Shown piece after piece: positions 27,212-37,156 of a stretch of 54,374 nt of DNA. The stretch is from assembly GCA_038214085.1 (NCBI GenBank), contig JBBQSF010000001.1:1-54374 (forward strand), given 5' to 3'. The notes beneath the pieces were generated by a model, which searched no databases, was not told where the DNA came from, and worked only from the letters and a program-made list of their open reading frames with translations. A program made the position numbers and the translations under genes. Every line of letters starts with the position of its first letter. Within the stretch, counting starts at the first letter, position 1. This DNA is from Bacteroidales bacterium (GTDB taxonomy: Bacteria; Bacteroidota; Bacteroidia; Bacteroidales; CG2-30-32-10).

Positions 27212-27585
27212 ACGCAAGATAAAAACAACTAAGTTGACTACAAGCAGCTTTTTATTAACAATTAATTGATATTTATTAACCCTATTTCGGTATTACAAAG
27301 TAAGATAGTTCAGTATCAGAAGCTAAAGGGCAAACTTGGATATTTTTAAACAAAAAATTATTTTTGGCGGAAAAATTTCAAAAAAAAAATCGCTTTTTCT
27401 ATTGATTTCATTCATGAGCAAAATCACTAATTTTGTTATTTATTTATCCTGTTTAGCCCTTTAATATCTATTTAAAAGGATTGTGATTACATTAATAAAA
27501 AAAGGAAGAACAATAAAATTTATTTATTCATGTCCAGAAAGAATAAAAATTCATGAAAACAAGGAAAGTCAATAAAATTTTATTG

Positions 27586-27593
27586 TAATTTTG
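27586..27593 (+). promoter_or_regulatory. -7 promoter box TAATTTTG for mutAB
   Basis: Perfect match ending 40 nt before ATG 27634. Confidence 0.5.
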
Positions 27594-27633
27594 TGCGTTG
27601 TTAACAAATTAACATTACTCAATTCATTACAGT

Positions 27634-29505
27634 ATGAGCTCATCTGAAAAAGACAAGAAATTGTTTACAGAGTTTCCACCTGTTTCAACAAGCGAATGGG
27701 AGGAAAAAATCAATAAAGACCTTAAAGGCGCCGATTACAACAAGAAACTTGTTTGGAAAACCGTTGAAGGTTTTGATGTAAAACCGTATTATCGTGCCGA
27801 AGACTTATCTGCATTGGAATACCTTACCACGCCACCTGCAATTCCACCTTTTGTTCGTGGAAATAAAACGCAGAACAATGATTGGGATATTCGGCAGGAT
27901 ATTGATTTTGAGAATCCTTCAGAAGCCAATAAAGCAGCATTAAATGCCATTGCAAAAGGGGCTTCGGCTATTGGATTTAATGCAAAAGAAATTTATACAG
28001 CAGAGGATATGAAAAGTTTCATTTCCGGTATTGATTTTAATAAGATTTCGGTACATTTTACCAATTCCGGTAATTTTTATGATACCTTAAATTTACTTCT
28101 GACAGCATTAACTGAAATGAAAGTAGATTTTTCAAAAGTTAAAGGAAGTTTTAATTTTGACAGTTTAAGTTATCGTTTGCTCTACGGAAAATATTATCAA
28201 TCCAGCACAAGTAACTTTGATCAGGCTGCCAATCTGATTGCGGAATTGGATAAAAAATTACCTTTATATAAAGGTATTACTGTAAATGCCAAATATTTTC
28301 ATAATGCTGGAGCATCAATAGTTCAGGAGCTTGCTTTTGCGCTGGCTTCTGGGAACGAATATCTCGCACAGCTTACAGAAAGGGGAGTGAAAACTGATAA
28401 TATTGCAAAGCAAATTCAGTTCGTTTTTTCAATAGGCTCAAATTATTTCATGGAAATAGCAAAGTTTCGTGCTGCTCGTTTGTTGTGGTCAAAAATTGTT
28501 GAGCAATATCAACCTTCTGACAGCCATTACCAAGCCATGACCATTCTTGCCGAAACCTCGGAATGGAATAAAACAGTTTACGATCCGTATGTAAATATGC
28601 TGCGCACTACAACAGAAGCTATGTCGGCAGCAATTGGTGGAGCTGATGCCATAAAAGTGAATCCTTTTGATAACACTTTCAAAAAAAGCGACGATTTTTC
28701 AAACCGAATTGCACGTAATACCCAGATTATTTTAAAATCGGAAGCATATCTCGATAAAATTGTAGACCCCTCAGCAGGCTCTTATTATATAGAAAACCTT
28801 ACAAATTCAATTGTAGATGCTGCATGGGCTCTTTTTCTTGCAGTTGAAGATAAGGGTGGTTTTCTTGTAGTATTAGAATCAGGATTTATAAAAGAAGAAA
28901 TTGAAAAAACCTGCCAGCTAAGAGATATGGATATCGCCATGCGTAAACATGTATTTATTGGAACCAACCAGTATCCAAACCAGAACGAAAAAATGCTTGA
29001 CAAAATCAGACCTAATGCCGAATTAACGGATTTGGGCGGTTTAAAACAATACCGTGGAGCAGAACCCTTTGAAGCATTAAGAATCGCTACTGAGTCGTTT
29101 GTTGTGGATGGAGATAAGGTTCCATGTGTATTTTTGCTCACTATTGGAAACCCTTCAATGCGTAAAGCTAGAGCCACATTTGCTTCCAATTTCTTCGGTT
29201 GTGCCGGATATAAAATTATAGATAATGCCGGATTTTGCTCGGCAGAGGAAGGAGCGGCAGAAGCAATAAAAAATCAGGCGGATATTGTTGTAATATGTGC
29301 TTCCGACGATGATTATACCCAATTTGTTCCTGAAGTTTGCTCCTTTCTAAAATCCGGCAATTCAGAAGCATTGATAGTGGTTGCCGGAAATCCTGTTGAA
29401 ATTATTGACCAGCTTAAAGCCGCAGGTGTTGATGAGTTTATTCATGTTCGCACGAATGTTCTCACTTCTTTATATAAATTTCATCAGGCACTGGGAATTA
29501 TCTGA
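27634..29505 (+). CDS. mutA: Methylmalonyl-CoA mutase small (beta) subunit
   Basis: 623 aa with mutase TIM-barrel-like blocks (FMEIAKFRAARLLW, NMLRTTTEAMSAAIGG) and a degenerate B12-domain C-terminus. It sits directly upstream of the large subunit. Confidence 0.85.
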   Translation: MSSSEKDKKLFTEFPPVSTSEWEEKINKDLKGADYNKKLVWKTVEGFDVKPYYRAEDLSALEYLTTPPAIPPFVRGNKTQNNDWDIRQDIDFENPSEANKAALNAIAKGASAIGFNAKEIYTAEDMKSFISGIDFNKISVHFTNSGNFYDTLNLLLTALTEMKVDFSKVKGSFNFDSLSYRLLYGKYYQSSTSNFDQAANLIAELDKKLPLYKGITVNAKYFHNAGASIVQELAFALASGNEYLAQLTERGVKTDNIAKQIQFVFSIGSNYFMEIAKFRAARLLWSKIVEQYQPSDSHYQAMTILAETSEWNKTVYDPYVNMLRTTTEAMSAAIGGADAIKVNPFDNTFKKSDDFSNRIARNTQIILKSEAYLDKIVDPSAGSYYIENLTNSIVDAAWALFLAVEDKGGFLVVLESGFIKEEIEKTCQLRDMDIAMRKHVFIGTNQYPNQNEKMLDKIRPNAELTDLGGLKQYRGAEPFEALRIATESFVVDGDKVPCVFLLTIGNPSMRKARATFASNFFGCAGYKIIDNAGFCSAEEGAAEAIKNQADIVVICASDDDYTQFVPEVCSFLKSGNSEALIVVAGNPVEIIDQLKAAGVDEFIHVRTNVLTSLYKFHQALGII

Positions 29506-29532
29506 TTTTTGTTAAATCTGAAAAGAATAATT

Positions 29533-31680
29533 ATGAGACCAAATTTTAAAAATATAGATTTCAAATCAAAACAAGCAGAATGCAGTTCTGAAATTGAGCA
29601 GAATAAAAAATTACAGATGGATTGGATTCCTGCTGAACAGATTTCAGTAAAACCAGTTTATTGTCCCGATGATCTTCTCGGAATGGAGCATTTGAATTAT
29701 GCTGCCGGTATTCCTCCTTATCTCAGGGGTCCGTATTCTGCAATGTATGTAATGCAACCATGGACAATCAGGCAGTATGCGGGTTTTTCAACAGCTGAAG
29801 AATCGAATGCTTTTTACCGCAGAAACCTTGCTGCTGGGCAAAAGGGCCTTTCGGTTGCATTTGATTTGGCAACACACCGTGGCTATGATTCTGATCACGA
29901 ACGCGTTGAAGGTGATGTTGGAAAAGCTGGAGTTGCAATTGATTCAATTCTGGATATGAAAATACTTTTCGACCAGATTCCTCTTGATAAAATGTCGGTT
30001 TCAATGACCATGAACGGAGCCGTATTGCCGATTCTTGCATTTTATATTGTTGCGGCAGAAGAACAAGGGGTTAATATGGAACTTTTAAGTGGAACCATTC
30101 AGAATGATATTTTAAAGGAATTCATGGTGCGCAACACCTATATATATCCGCCACTTTCTTCAATGCGGATTATTGCTGATATATTCAGGTTTACTTCCCA
30201 GAATATGCCGAAATTCAATTCAATCAGTATCAGCGGTTACCACATGCAGGAAGCAGGAGCTACTTGCGATATAGAACTAGCCTATACTTTAGCCGACGGA
30301 TTGGAATATCTGCGCACGGGAATAAATACAGGAATGGACATTGATTCCTTTGCCCCTCGTTTATCTTTTTTCTGGGCCGTTGGGATGAATCATTTTATGG
30401 AAATTGCTAAAATGCGCGCTGCCCGAATGTTATGGGCAAAAATAGTTAAACAGTTTAATCCAAAAAATCCAAAGTCTCTTGCTTTACGTACTCATTGTCA
30501 AACTTCGGGATGGAGCCTTACAGAACAAGATCCGTTTAATAATGTAGCCCGCACCTGTGTTGAAGCACTTGCTGCTGCTCTTGGTCATACGCAATCATTG
30601 CATACCAATGCACTTGATGAGGCAATTGCACTACCCACTGATTTTTCGGCACGTATTGCACGCAACACCCAATTGTACATTCAGGAAGAAACCAATGTTT
30701 GCAAAGCAATAGATCCATGGGCAGGTTCTTATTATGTTGAATCACTTACCCATGAAATTGCGCAAAAAGCATGGGCACTGATCGAAGAAGTTGAAGCATT
30801 GGGTGGTATGGCAAAAGCCATTGAAACAGGAATTCCTAAAATGCGTATTGAGGAAGCTTCAGCTCGTAAACAAGCAAGAATTGATTCTGGAAAGGATATT
30901 ATTGTAGGTGTGAATAAATACAAACTCGAGAAAGAAGATCCCATTGACATTCTTGAAGTTGACAATACAGCCGTTCGTCTGTCTCAAATAGAAAGGCTTA
31001 AAAAACTTAAAGCAGAACGAAACAATGAAGATGTTCAGGCTGCTTTGGATGCCATTACCAATGCTTGTGAAACTGGTGAAGGAAATCTTTTGGAACTGGC
31101 AATTGATGCTGCACGTAAAAGAGCTTCACTTGGAGAAATATCCTTTGCTTGTGAAAAAATATTTGGAAGATATAAAGCAGTTATTCGTTCAATTTCAGGA
31201 GTATATTCTATGGAAATTTCAAACGACGAAATATTCGCAAAAGCAAGAAACCTTGCCGATGAATTTGCAAAACTTGAAGGCCGCCGACCAAGAATTATGA
31301 TCGCAAAAATGGGTCAGGACGGACATGATCGTGGTGCTAAAGTAATTGCTACAAGTTTTGCTGACCTTGGTTTTGACGTAGATATGGGGCCACTTTTCCA
31401 AACACCTAAAGAAGCAGCAAAACAAGCTGTGGAAAATGATGTTCATATTCTTGGTGTTTCCAGCCTTGCTGCAGGTCATAAAACTCTGGTTCCTCAGGTT
31501 ATTGAAGAATTAAAGATTCTTGGCCGCGAAGATATTATGGTTATTGCTGGTGGTGTTATTCCCGCACAGGATTACGATTATCTTTATGAAGCAGGAGTGG
31601 TTGGCGTTTTCGGACCAGGAACAAGTATTCCCGATGCGGCAGTAAAAATACTATCAATTCTGATTGAAAGCCTGAAGTAA
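29533..31680 (+). CDS. mutB: Methylmalonyl-CoA mutase large (alpha) subunit
   Basis: [59 protein letters not shown], and the B12-binding block [23 protein letters not shown]. Start at ATG 29533. Confidence 0.92.
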   Translation: MRPNFKNIDFKSKQAECSSEIEQNKKLQMDWIPAEQISVKPVYCPDDLLGMEHLNYAAGIPPYLRGPYSAMYVMQPWTIRQYAGFSTAEESNAFYRRNLAAGQKGLSVAFDLATHRGYDSDHERVEGDVGKAGVAIDSILDMKILFDQIPLDKMSVSMTMNGAVLPILAFYIVAAEEQGVNMELLSGTIQNDILKEFMVRNTYIYPPLSSMRIIADIFRFTSQNMPKFNSISISGYHMQEAGATCDIELAYTLADGLEYLRTGINTGMDIDSFAPRLSFFWAVGMNHFMEIAKMRAARMLWAKIVKQFNPKNPKSLALRTHCQTSGWSLTEQDPFNNVARTCVEALAAALGHTQSLHTNALDEAIALPTDFSARIARNTQLYIQEETNVCKAIDPWAGSYYVESLTHEIAQKAWALIEEVEALGGMAKAIETGIPKMRIEEASARKQARIDSGKDIIVGVNKYKLEKEDPIDILEVDNTAVRLSQIERLKKLKAERNNEDVQAALDAITNACETGEGNLLELAIDAARKRASLGEISFACEKIFGRYKAVIRSISGVYSMEISNDEIFAKARNLADEFAKLEGRRPRIMIAKMGQDGHDRGAKVIATSFADLGFDVDMGPLFQTPKEAAKQAVENDVHILGVSSLAAGHKTLVPQVIEELKILGREDIMVIAGGVIPAQDYDYLYEAGVVGVFGPGTSIPDAAVKILSILIESLK

Positions 31681-31698
31681 TGAATCAAAAAAATGTTG

Positions 31699-31706
31699 TA
31701 TATTTG
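31699..31706 (+). promoter_or_regulatory. -7 promoter box TATATTTG for the thioredoxin-fold gene
   Basis: Perfect match ending 25 nt before ATG 31732. Confidence 0.45.
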
Positions 31707-31731
31707 TGCTTGAAATATTAAAATCAATAGT

Positions 31732-32247
31732 ATGAAAACACTTTTTTTAATGATATTTGGTTTTGCAATTGTTGGTTCAGGTTATACTCAAACAGGAAAT
31801 CTGACTAAAATTGATGAGAAATCACAAATGGAAGTAATGACAGGGATGTGGAGCCGCGACGGTCTTAAAACCTCTGATTTATTTAAAACATTTTATGATT
31901 CAGAGTATAATTTATACAAGCCTGAAATGGTCGTACTTGATAATATTAAAATTGCTCAGGTTAATAAATCTATAACTGTTACTATTGTAATGGGATCATG
32001 GTGCGGCGACAGCCAAGAACAAGTTCCCCGATTTCTTAAAATTTTAGATATTCTTAGCTTTCCAGAATCAAGCGTTTCAATTATTTGTGTGGATAGAAAC
32101 AAAAAATCCTCAAATGGCGAAACCGATAATTTAGGAATTTCTTTAGTACCCACATTTATCATTTACAATGCAGGAAAAGAAATTGGCAGAATAGTTGAAA
32201 CTCCTAAGGAAACACTTGAAAAAGATTTGTTTATAATCGTTAAATAA
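31732..32247 (+). CDS. Secreted thioredoxin-fold protein
   Basis: Signal peptide; GSWCGDS (CxxS-type thioredoxin-like motif); 171 aa. Confidence 0.65.
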   Translation: MKTLFLMIFGFAIVGSGYTQTGNLTKIDEKSQMEVMTGMWSRDGLKTSDLFKTFYDSEYNLYKPEMVVLDNIKIAQVNKSITVTIVMGSWCGDSQEQVPRFLKILDILSFPESSVSIICVDRNKKSSNGETDNLGISLVPTFIIYNAGKEIGRIVETPKETLEKDLFIIVK

Positions 32248-32250
32248 AAA

Positions 32251-32273
32251 AAGAGGCGAAAGCCTCTTTTTTT
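32251..32273 (+). terminator. Rho-independent terminator after the thioredoxin-fold gene
   Basis: AAGAGGC-GAAA-GCCTCTT followed by TTTTT, starting 4 nt after the stop codon. Confidence 0.75.
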
Positions 32274-32471
32274 GTATTCTTTGCACTGCATCCGCATCGT
32301 TTTTTTGGAGCTTTTCTTCTTTCTTCACAAGTACATCTTTTGTTGATTTTATAGCTGCAGGCAATGTAGTTAAATTTAAAATTATACTACAATTGTAAGC
32401 TTTTTGTTCATTTGAATTATCTTTTTATTTCTGTTTTTGTTGGCTTGTTTTGAATACTTCCTTATTTTTTG

Positions 32472-32479
32472 TAAATTTG
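32472..32479 (+). promoter_or_regulatory. -7 promoter box TAAATTTG for the xdhC operon
   Basis: Perfect match ending 25 nt before ATG 32505. Confidence 0.5.
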
Positions 32480-32504
32480 TTGTGTAATTAAACATTTTTA
32501 TTCT

Positions 32505-33281
32505 ATGCAAAGCATTTATTCAAAGGTAGAAGAATTAAAAAACGAAAACAAACGATTTGCTTTTTGTATCGTTACTGACACATCCGGATCGACTCCCCGT
32601 AAAGCTGGCGCAAAAATGATCGTTTTTGAAGATGGAACTGTATACGAAAGTATTGGCGGTGGAAGTATTGAAAAACAAGTAATCACCGAGTCACTGGAAA
32701 TCTTGAAAACAGGGCAACCTGTAAAAAGAAAATATATTCTGGAAGAAGACCTTAAAATGCATTGTGGCGGAATGATGGAAGTGTATATCGAGCCTATTTG
32801 TCCTGCCCAACAACTTTTAATTTACGGCGCAGGACACATCGGAAAAGCACTTGCCCGATATGCTGATGATTTCGGATTTTCTGTTACACTGATAGATCCC
32901 AGACCAGAAGTAATCAATGATCCTGTATTAAGCGGATTTAAAAAAATTAATGAGGAATATTTCAAAGCCATCGAAAATATTACGTTTGATAATGAAACTT
33001 TTAGCGTGATTGTTACCCACAATCACGAATTTGATGAAGAGATTCTTTTAAAAATTGCACCGAAACCTCATGCATATATTGGAATGATTGGCAGTGCAAG
33101 AAAAGTGGATATCATACGGAAAGATATTCGTGAAAATAAAGTTTTACCCGAAGATATTTTACAGAACATTGATATGCCTATTGGAATTAAGTTTGATGCC
33201 GAAAGTCCAGCTGAAATAGCAATTAGTATTCTCGCAAAACTGATTGATGTGAAAAATAAAAAATATAAAAACCAGAATTAA
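32505..33281 (+). CDS. xdhC: XdhC/CoxI-family molybdenum-hydroxylase maturation factor
   Basis: N-terminal XdhC_CoxI block (VTDTSGSTPRKAGAKMIV...GGGSIE) and a Rossmann-like block (LLIYGAGHIGKALARYA). It is the first gene of the xdh operon. Confidence 0.85.
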   Translation: MQSIYSKVEELKNENKRFAFCIVTDTSGSTPRKAGAKMIVFEDGTVYESIGGGSIEKQVITESLEILKTGQPVKRKYILEEDLKMHCGGMMEVYIEPICPAQQLLIYGAGHIGKALARYADDFGFSVTLIDPRPEVINDPVLSGFKKINEEYFKAIENITFDNETFSVIVTHNHEFDEEILLKIAPKPHAYIGMIGSARKVDIIRKDIRENKVLPEDILQNIDMPIGIKFDAESPAEIAISILAKLIDVKNKKYKNQN

Positions 33282-33292
33282 TTATATTAAAG

Positions 33293-34747
33293 ATGGAAGA
33301 AAGAGATCAAATCTCCTTTGCTTTAGATGGAAAACTGATACATCTGGATTTCAAGAACAATGGGGAATTAAAACCTACAACCACAGTTTTAAACTTTTTG
33401 CGTTCCTACCCCGAACATAAAGGCGTTAAGGAAGGCTGTGCCGAAGGAGATTGCGGCGCATGCACCGTGGTGCTTGCAGAAGCAGATGGCGAAACAAAAA
33501 TGAAATATACTGCTGTTGATTCATGTCTGGTTTTTTTACCGATGATTCATGGCAAACAGCTCATTACTGTTGAGAATCTTGAACATAAAGAGAACAGCAA
33601 AATAATTCTTCACCCCGTTCAGCAAAAAATGGTTGAAAATTATGGTGCGCAGTGCGGATACTGTACTCCGGGTATCATCATGTCGATGTTTGCGATGTAT
33701 AAAAATCACCATTTACCTTCGTCCGAAATTGTTGCTGACGCATTAACCGGAAATCTTTGCAGATGTACCGGCTATCAGCCGATTGCTGACGCTGCAAAAC
33801 AATCTTGCAATAACCACGGAAAAGATCACTTTACCGAAAACGAAAAAAACATACTTGAAATTCTGGCTAAGGTCAATAAAACCGATACGATTGCAATTGA
33901 CAACGGACAACAGCAGTATTATGTTCCCTTTTCTTTAAACGAAGCGTTGCGCTTACGGAAAAAACATCCCGATGCTCTAATTACCAATGGTTCTACAGAT
34001 ATTGCATTACGCCAGACAAAAAAACATGAACTTTTAGTAAAGATAATTGATCTGTCGCATATTGCAGAGTTAAAACATTTCCAAAATACTGATAAATCAA
34101 TTATTATCGGAGCCGGAATCAGTATTGAAAAACTCAGGAAGATTTCAGAAAAAAAACTTCCTGCAATTTATGCAATGCTCAGTATTTTCGGGTCGTTGCA
34201 GATCAGAAACCTCGCAACCATCGGCGGAAACATCGGTTCTGCTTCTCCAATCGGAGATTCTATACCTTTGCTCTTTGCTCATAAAGCTCTTGTTACGGTT
34301 AAGAATCTGCAATCCGAACGTGTAATTCCCATTCAGGAATTTATAACTGGTTACCACAAAATCGATCTGAAACCCGATGAACTCATTGTTGCCGTTGAGA
34401 TTCCGATACCCGGAAAAAATGAAATCATTTGGTCACATAAGGTTTCCAAACGTAAGGATCTTGATATTTCTACGGTTAGCGCATGTTTTAATTTGAATCT
34501 GAACGAAGACCGTTCAATAAATTCTATTGTTCTTGCTTATGGCGGAATGGCCGCACAAACACTACGAGCAGCTAAAACAGAGAAATTTCTGAACGGAAAA
34601 GAATGGACGCGCGCCACAGTGGAACAAGCGATGGAAATACTGTATTCCGAATTTACGCCTATTTCTGATGCCCGTTCTTTTGCTGAAACCAGAAGTATTG
34701 CGGCGAGAAATCTTCTATTAAAATTCTGGTCGGAAACCAAAAATTAA
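33293..34747 (+). CDS. xdhA: Xanthine dehydrogenase small subunit ([2Fe-2S] + FAD-binding domains)
   Basis: GCAEGDCGACTV, CGYCTPGIIMS and NLCRCTGYQPI, followed by a CO-dehydrogenase flavoprotein-type FAD domain (NGSTDIALR, ATIGGNIGSASPIGD). Confidence 0.88.
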   Translation: MEERDQISFALDGKLIHLDFKNNGELKPTTTVLNFLRSYPEHKGVKEGCAEGDCGACTVVLAEADGETKMKYTAVDSCLVFLPMIHGKQLITVENLEHKENSKIILHPVQQKMVENYGAQCGYCTPGIIMSMFAMYKNHHLPSSEIVADALTGNLCRCTGYQPIADAAKQSCNNHGKDHFTENEKNILEILAKVNKTDTIAIDNGQQQYYVPFSLNEALRLRKKHPDALITNGSTDIALRQTKKHELLVKIIDLSHIAELKHFQNTDKSIIIGAGISIEKLRKISEKKLPAIYAMLSIFGSLQIRNLATIGGNIGSASPIGDSIPLLFAHKALVTVKNLQSERVIPIQEFITGYHKIDLKPDELIVAVEIPIPGKNEIIWSHKVSKRKDLDISTVSACFNLNLNEDRSINSIVLAYGGMAAQTLRAAKTEKFLNGKEWTRATVEQAMEILYSEFTPISDARSFAETRSIAARNLLLKFWSETKN

Positions 34748-34762
34748 GAAACAATTTTCATT

Positions 34763-37078
34763 ATGTCCGAAATGCTTTTACACGATAGCGCCGAAAAACA
34801 TGTAACCGGAAAATCGGTTTACATTAATGATATTCTTATTAACGAACGCTTGCTTACTGGCAGGGTGGTATATAGCCCGCATGCTCATGCCCTGATTAAA
34901 AGTTTTGATCTTACCGAAGCACGCAATTTAAAAGGCGTTCATGCTGTGCTAAGTTACAAGGATATTCCAGGCGAAAATCAGATGGGGCCTGTATTTCACG
35001 ACGAACCTTGCCTAGCTCAGGAAAAGGTGAATTGTATAGGTCAAGCGGTATTTATTATTGCTGCTGAGAACGAAGAAATAGCCATGAAGGCTGAAAAGCT
35101 TATCAAAGTTGAATACGAAGCACTAGAATCCATTCTGGAAATTGAAACTGCCATTGAAAAAGGCAAATTAATTGCCCCTCCGCGAAAAATCGAAACCGGA
35201 AATCCGGATGAAGTGTTGAAAAATGCGACCAATATTATAAAAGGAATTCTGAAAACAGGTGCACAGGAACACTGGTATCTCGAAACACAGAGTTGTCTTA
35301 GTATTCCGGGCGAATCGAATGAAATGAACGTGTTTGCTTCGAGTCAGAATCCGAACGAAACACAGGCCATTGTTGCTGAGGTGCTTGGTATTGCGAAGAA
35401 TGAAGTAGTTGTTGAAGTACGCAGAATGGGTGGTGCTTTTGGAGGAAAAGAAACACAAGGAAATCATGTGGCTGCATGGTCGGCTTTGCTGGCAAGAGCT
35501 ACAGATCGTCCGGTAAAAATTCATTTGTTCCGCGACGATGATCAGAAAATCACAGGAAAACGTCATCGTTTTGTTTCGGAATATGAAATTGCTTACGATA
35601 ATAATGGGAAAATTCTTGCTTACACTGTAGATCTCAATTGTGATGCAGGATGTGCAGCCGATCTTAGCATGGCTATTTTGGAAAGAGCAATGTTGCATTC
35701 CGACAGCAGTTATTATATTCCCAATATGCGTGTAATTGGAAAAGCTTGGTATACGAATCTCCCATCAAATACAGCATATCGCGGATTTGGCGGACCGCAG
35801 GGAATGGCTGTAATTGAAAATGCAGTTGATATGATTGCTCGAAAATTAAAAAAAGACCCTGATGAAATCCGTAAAATCAATTTTTATGGAGTTGACACAT
35901 GCAATGTTACCCATTATGGTGAAAAAGTTGAAAATAACCGACTTTTTATTATGCACGAGCAGATTCATGAAATGTCGGAATACAAAAAAAGAAGAGAAGA
36001 AATAAAAAAGTTTAACAATGAAAATGAGTTTTACAAAAAAGGTATTTCGCTTGCACCCGTAAAATTCGGAATTTCGTTTACCACAGCATTTCTCAACCAA
36101 GCCGGAGCTTTAGTAAATATATATACCGACGGAACCGTTATTGTAAATCATGGCGGAACCGAGATGGGGCAAGGCTTACATACAAAAATACAGCATATCG
36201 CGGCTTCTGAACTCGGAATCAATCCGCATAAAGTAAAAGTGAATGCAACGAATACATCCAAAGTCCCGAATGCTTCCGCTACAGCTGCTTCTTCTGGTTC
36301 TGACATCAACGGAATGGCTGTGAAAAATGCCGTTGATATTCTTAAATCAAGGCTTACAGAAGTTGTATTAATGGAATTTAATGCTTCCAACCCACAGAAT
36401 CCAAGCAAAGCAGAACATATTGAATTTGAAAATGATATTATTTTCGATACCGAATATCCTCAAAGGAAAATTGATTTTACAGAAATCATTAAAAAAGCAT
36501 ATCTGCATCAGGTAAGTCTTAGTGCTGCTGGATTCTATAAAACGCCGGATATTCACTTCAACAGGGAAACTGGAAAAGGAAAACCGTTCCATTATTTTGC
36601 CTTTGGCATGGCTGTTTCGGAAGTAATGATCGATACGCTTACCGGAAGGCATCAACTGCTTCGCACGGATATCCTGAACGATGTTGGCACTTCGCTGAAT
36701 GCAGCAATTGATATAGGCCAGATTCAGGGTGCATTTATTCAAGGAGTTGGCTGGGTTACCACCGAAGATATGAAATGGGATGAAAAAGGAAATTTATTAA
36801 ATCATTCGCCCGATACTTATAAAATTCCTACCATCCAAGACATTCCTGCAATATTTAATGTAAAACTTTTAGAAGGATATCCGAACGACAAGGCAATCAG
36901 AAAGAGTAAAGCCGTTGGAGAACCTCCGTTTATGCTGGCATTTTCGGTTTGGCTGGCAATAAAAGATGCGATATCTGCAGTTGCTGACCACAAAGAAGAA
37001 CCCTGGTTTGTTTTGCCATCAACCAACGAAAATATACTGTTAGCTATTGAGAAACTGAGACGAAAAAAAATGGTGTAA
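34763..37078 (+). CDS. xdhB: Xanthine dehydrogenase molybdopterin-binding subunit
   Basis: 771 aa: HDSAEKHVTGKSVYINDI, RRMGGAFGGKETQ, AYRGFGGPQG, GGTEMGQGLHTK, and KAVGEPPF (catalytic Glu region). Confidence 0.9.
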   Translation: MSEMLLHDSAEKHVTGKSVYINDILINERLLTGRVVYSPHAHALIKSFDLTEARNLKGVHAVLSYKDIPGENQMGPVFHDEPCLAQEKVNCIGQAVFIIAAENEEIAMKAEKLIKVEYEALESILEIETAIEKGKLIAPPRKIETGNPDEVLKNATNIIKGILKTGAQEHWYLETQSCLSIPGESNEMNVFASSQNPNETQAIVAEVLGIAKNEVVVEVRRMGGAFGGKETQGNHVAAWSALLARATDRPVKIHLFRDDDQKITGKRHRFVSEYEIAYDNNGKILAYTVDLNCDAGCAADLSMAILERAMLHSDSSYYIPNMRVIGKAWYTNLPSNTAYRGFGGPQGMAVIENAVDMIARKLKKDPDEIRKINFYGVDTCNVTHYGEKVENNRLFIMHEQIHEMSEYKKRREEIKKFNNENEFYKKGISLAPVKFGISFTTAFLNQAGALVNIYTDGTVIVNHGGTEMGQGLHTKIQHIAASELGINPHKVKVNATNTSKVPNASATAASSGSDINGMAVKNAVDILKSRLTEVVLMEFNASNPQNPSKAEHIEFENDIIFDTEYPQRKIDFTEIIKKAYLHQVSLSAAGFYKTPDIHFNRETGKGKPFHYFAFGMAVSEVMIDTLTGRHQLLRTDILNDVGTSLNAAIDIGQIQGAFIQGVGWVTTEDMKWDEKGNLLNHSPDTYKIPTIQDIPAIFNVKLLEGYPNDKAIRKSKAVGEPPFMLAFSVWLAIKDAISAVADHKEEPWFVLPSTNENILLAIEKLRRKKMV

Positions 37079-37109
37079 TTATTATAAATTCATTTTCAGG
37101 AGAATTCAT

Positions 37110-37117
37110 TATCTTTG
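37110..37117 (+). promoter_or_regulatory. -7 promoter box TATCTTTG, a possible internal promoter for ygeY-ygeW
   Basis: Perfect match in the 78-nt xdhB-ygeY gap, ending 39 nt before ATG 37157. Confidence 0.4.
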
Positions 37118-37156
37118 CAATCCTTAATAAAAACGAATACTTTTAACAAGAATATT

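Noticed and set aside
27380-27389. A10 homopolymer, a potential slipped-strand phase-variation tract.
   Set aside because: It is intergenic and not positioned between recognisable promoter elements. A/T runs of 8-9 nt occur elsewhere in this AT-rich window, including inside CDS.
27121-27633. Possible cobalamin riboswitch between the two AdoCbl-dependent loci.
   Set aside because: The spacer is extremely AT-rich. I could find no B12-box-like GCCACTG core or the GC-rich helices such a riboswitch needs. Only an Infernal/Rfam scan could settle it formally.
32143-32364. 73-aa minus-strand ORF downstream of the thioredoxin-fold gene.
   Set aside because: It overlaps the 3' end of that gene and its terminator, and has a Lys-rich low-complexity sequence and no promoter box.
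32274-32504. Possible purine/xanthine riboswitch or operator upstream of xdhC, including a weak inverted repeat TGTAGT...ACTACA at 32365..32391.
   Set aside because: There is no purine-riboswitch-like three-way-junction sequence. The inverted repeat is only 6 bp, in AT-rich DNA, and is easily a chance match.
35168-35698. 176-aa ORF antisense within xdhB. Similar antisense or alternate-frame ORFs occur at 1056..1403, 14111..14482, 21265..21648, 28785..29189, 36368..36742, 41595..41963, 49459..49806 and 53571..53903.
   Set aside because: All lie entirely inside strongly supported CDS, have odd composition (Cys/Phe/Ser-rich) and carry no independent signals. I treat them as frame shadows.
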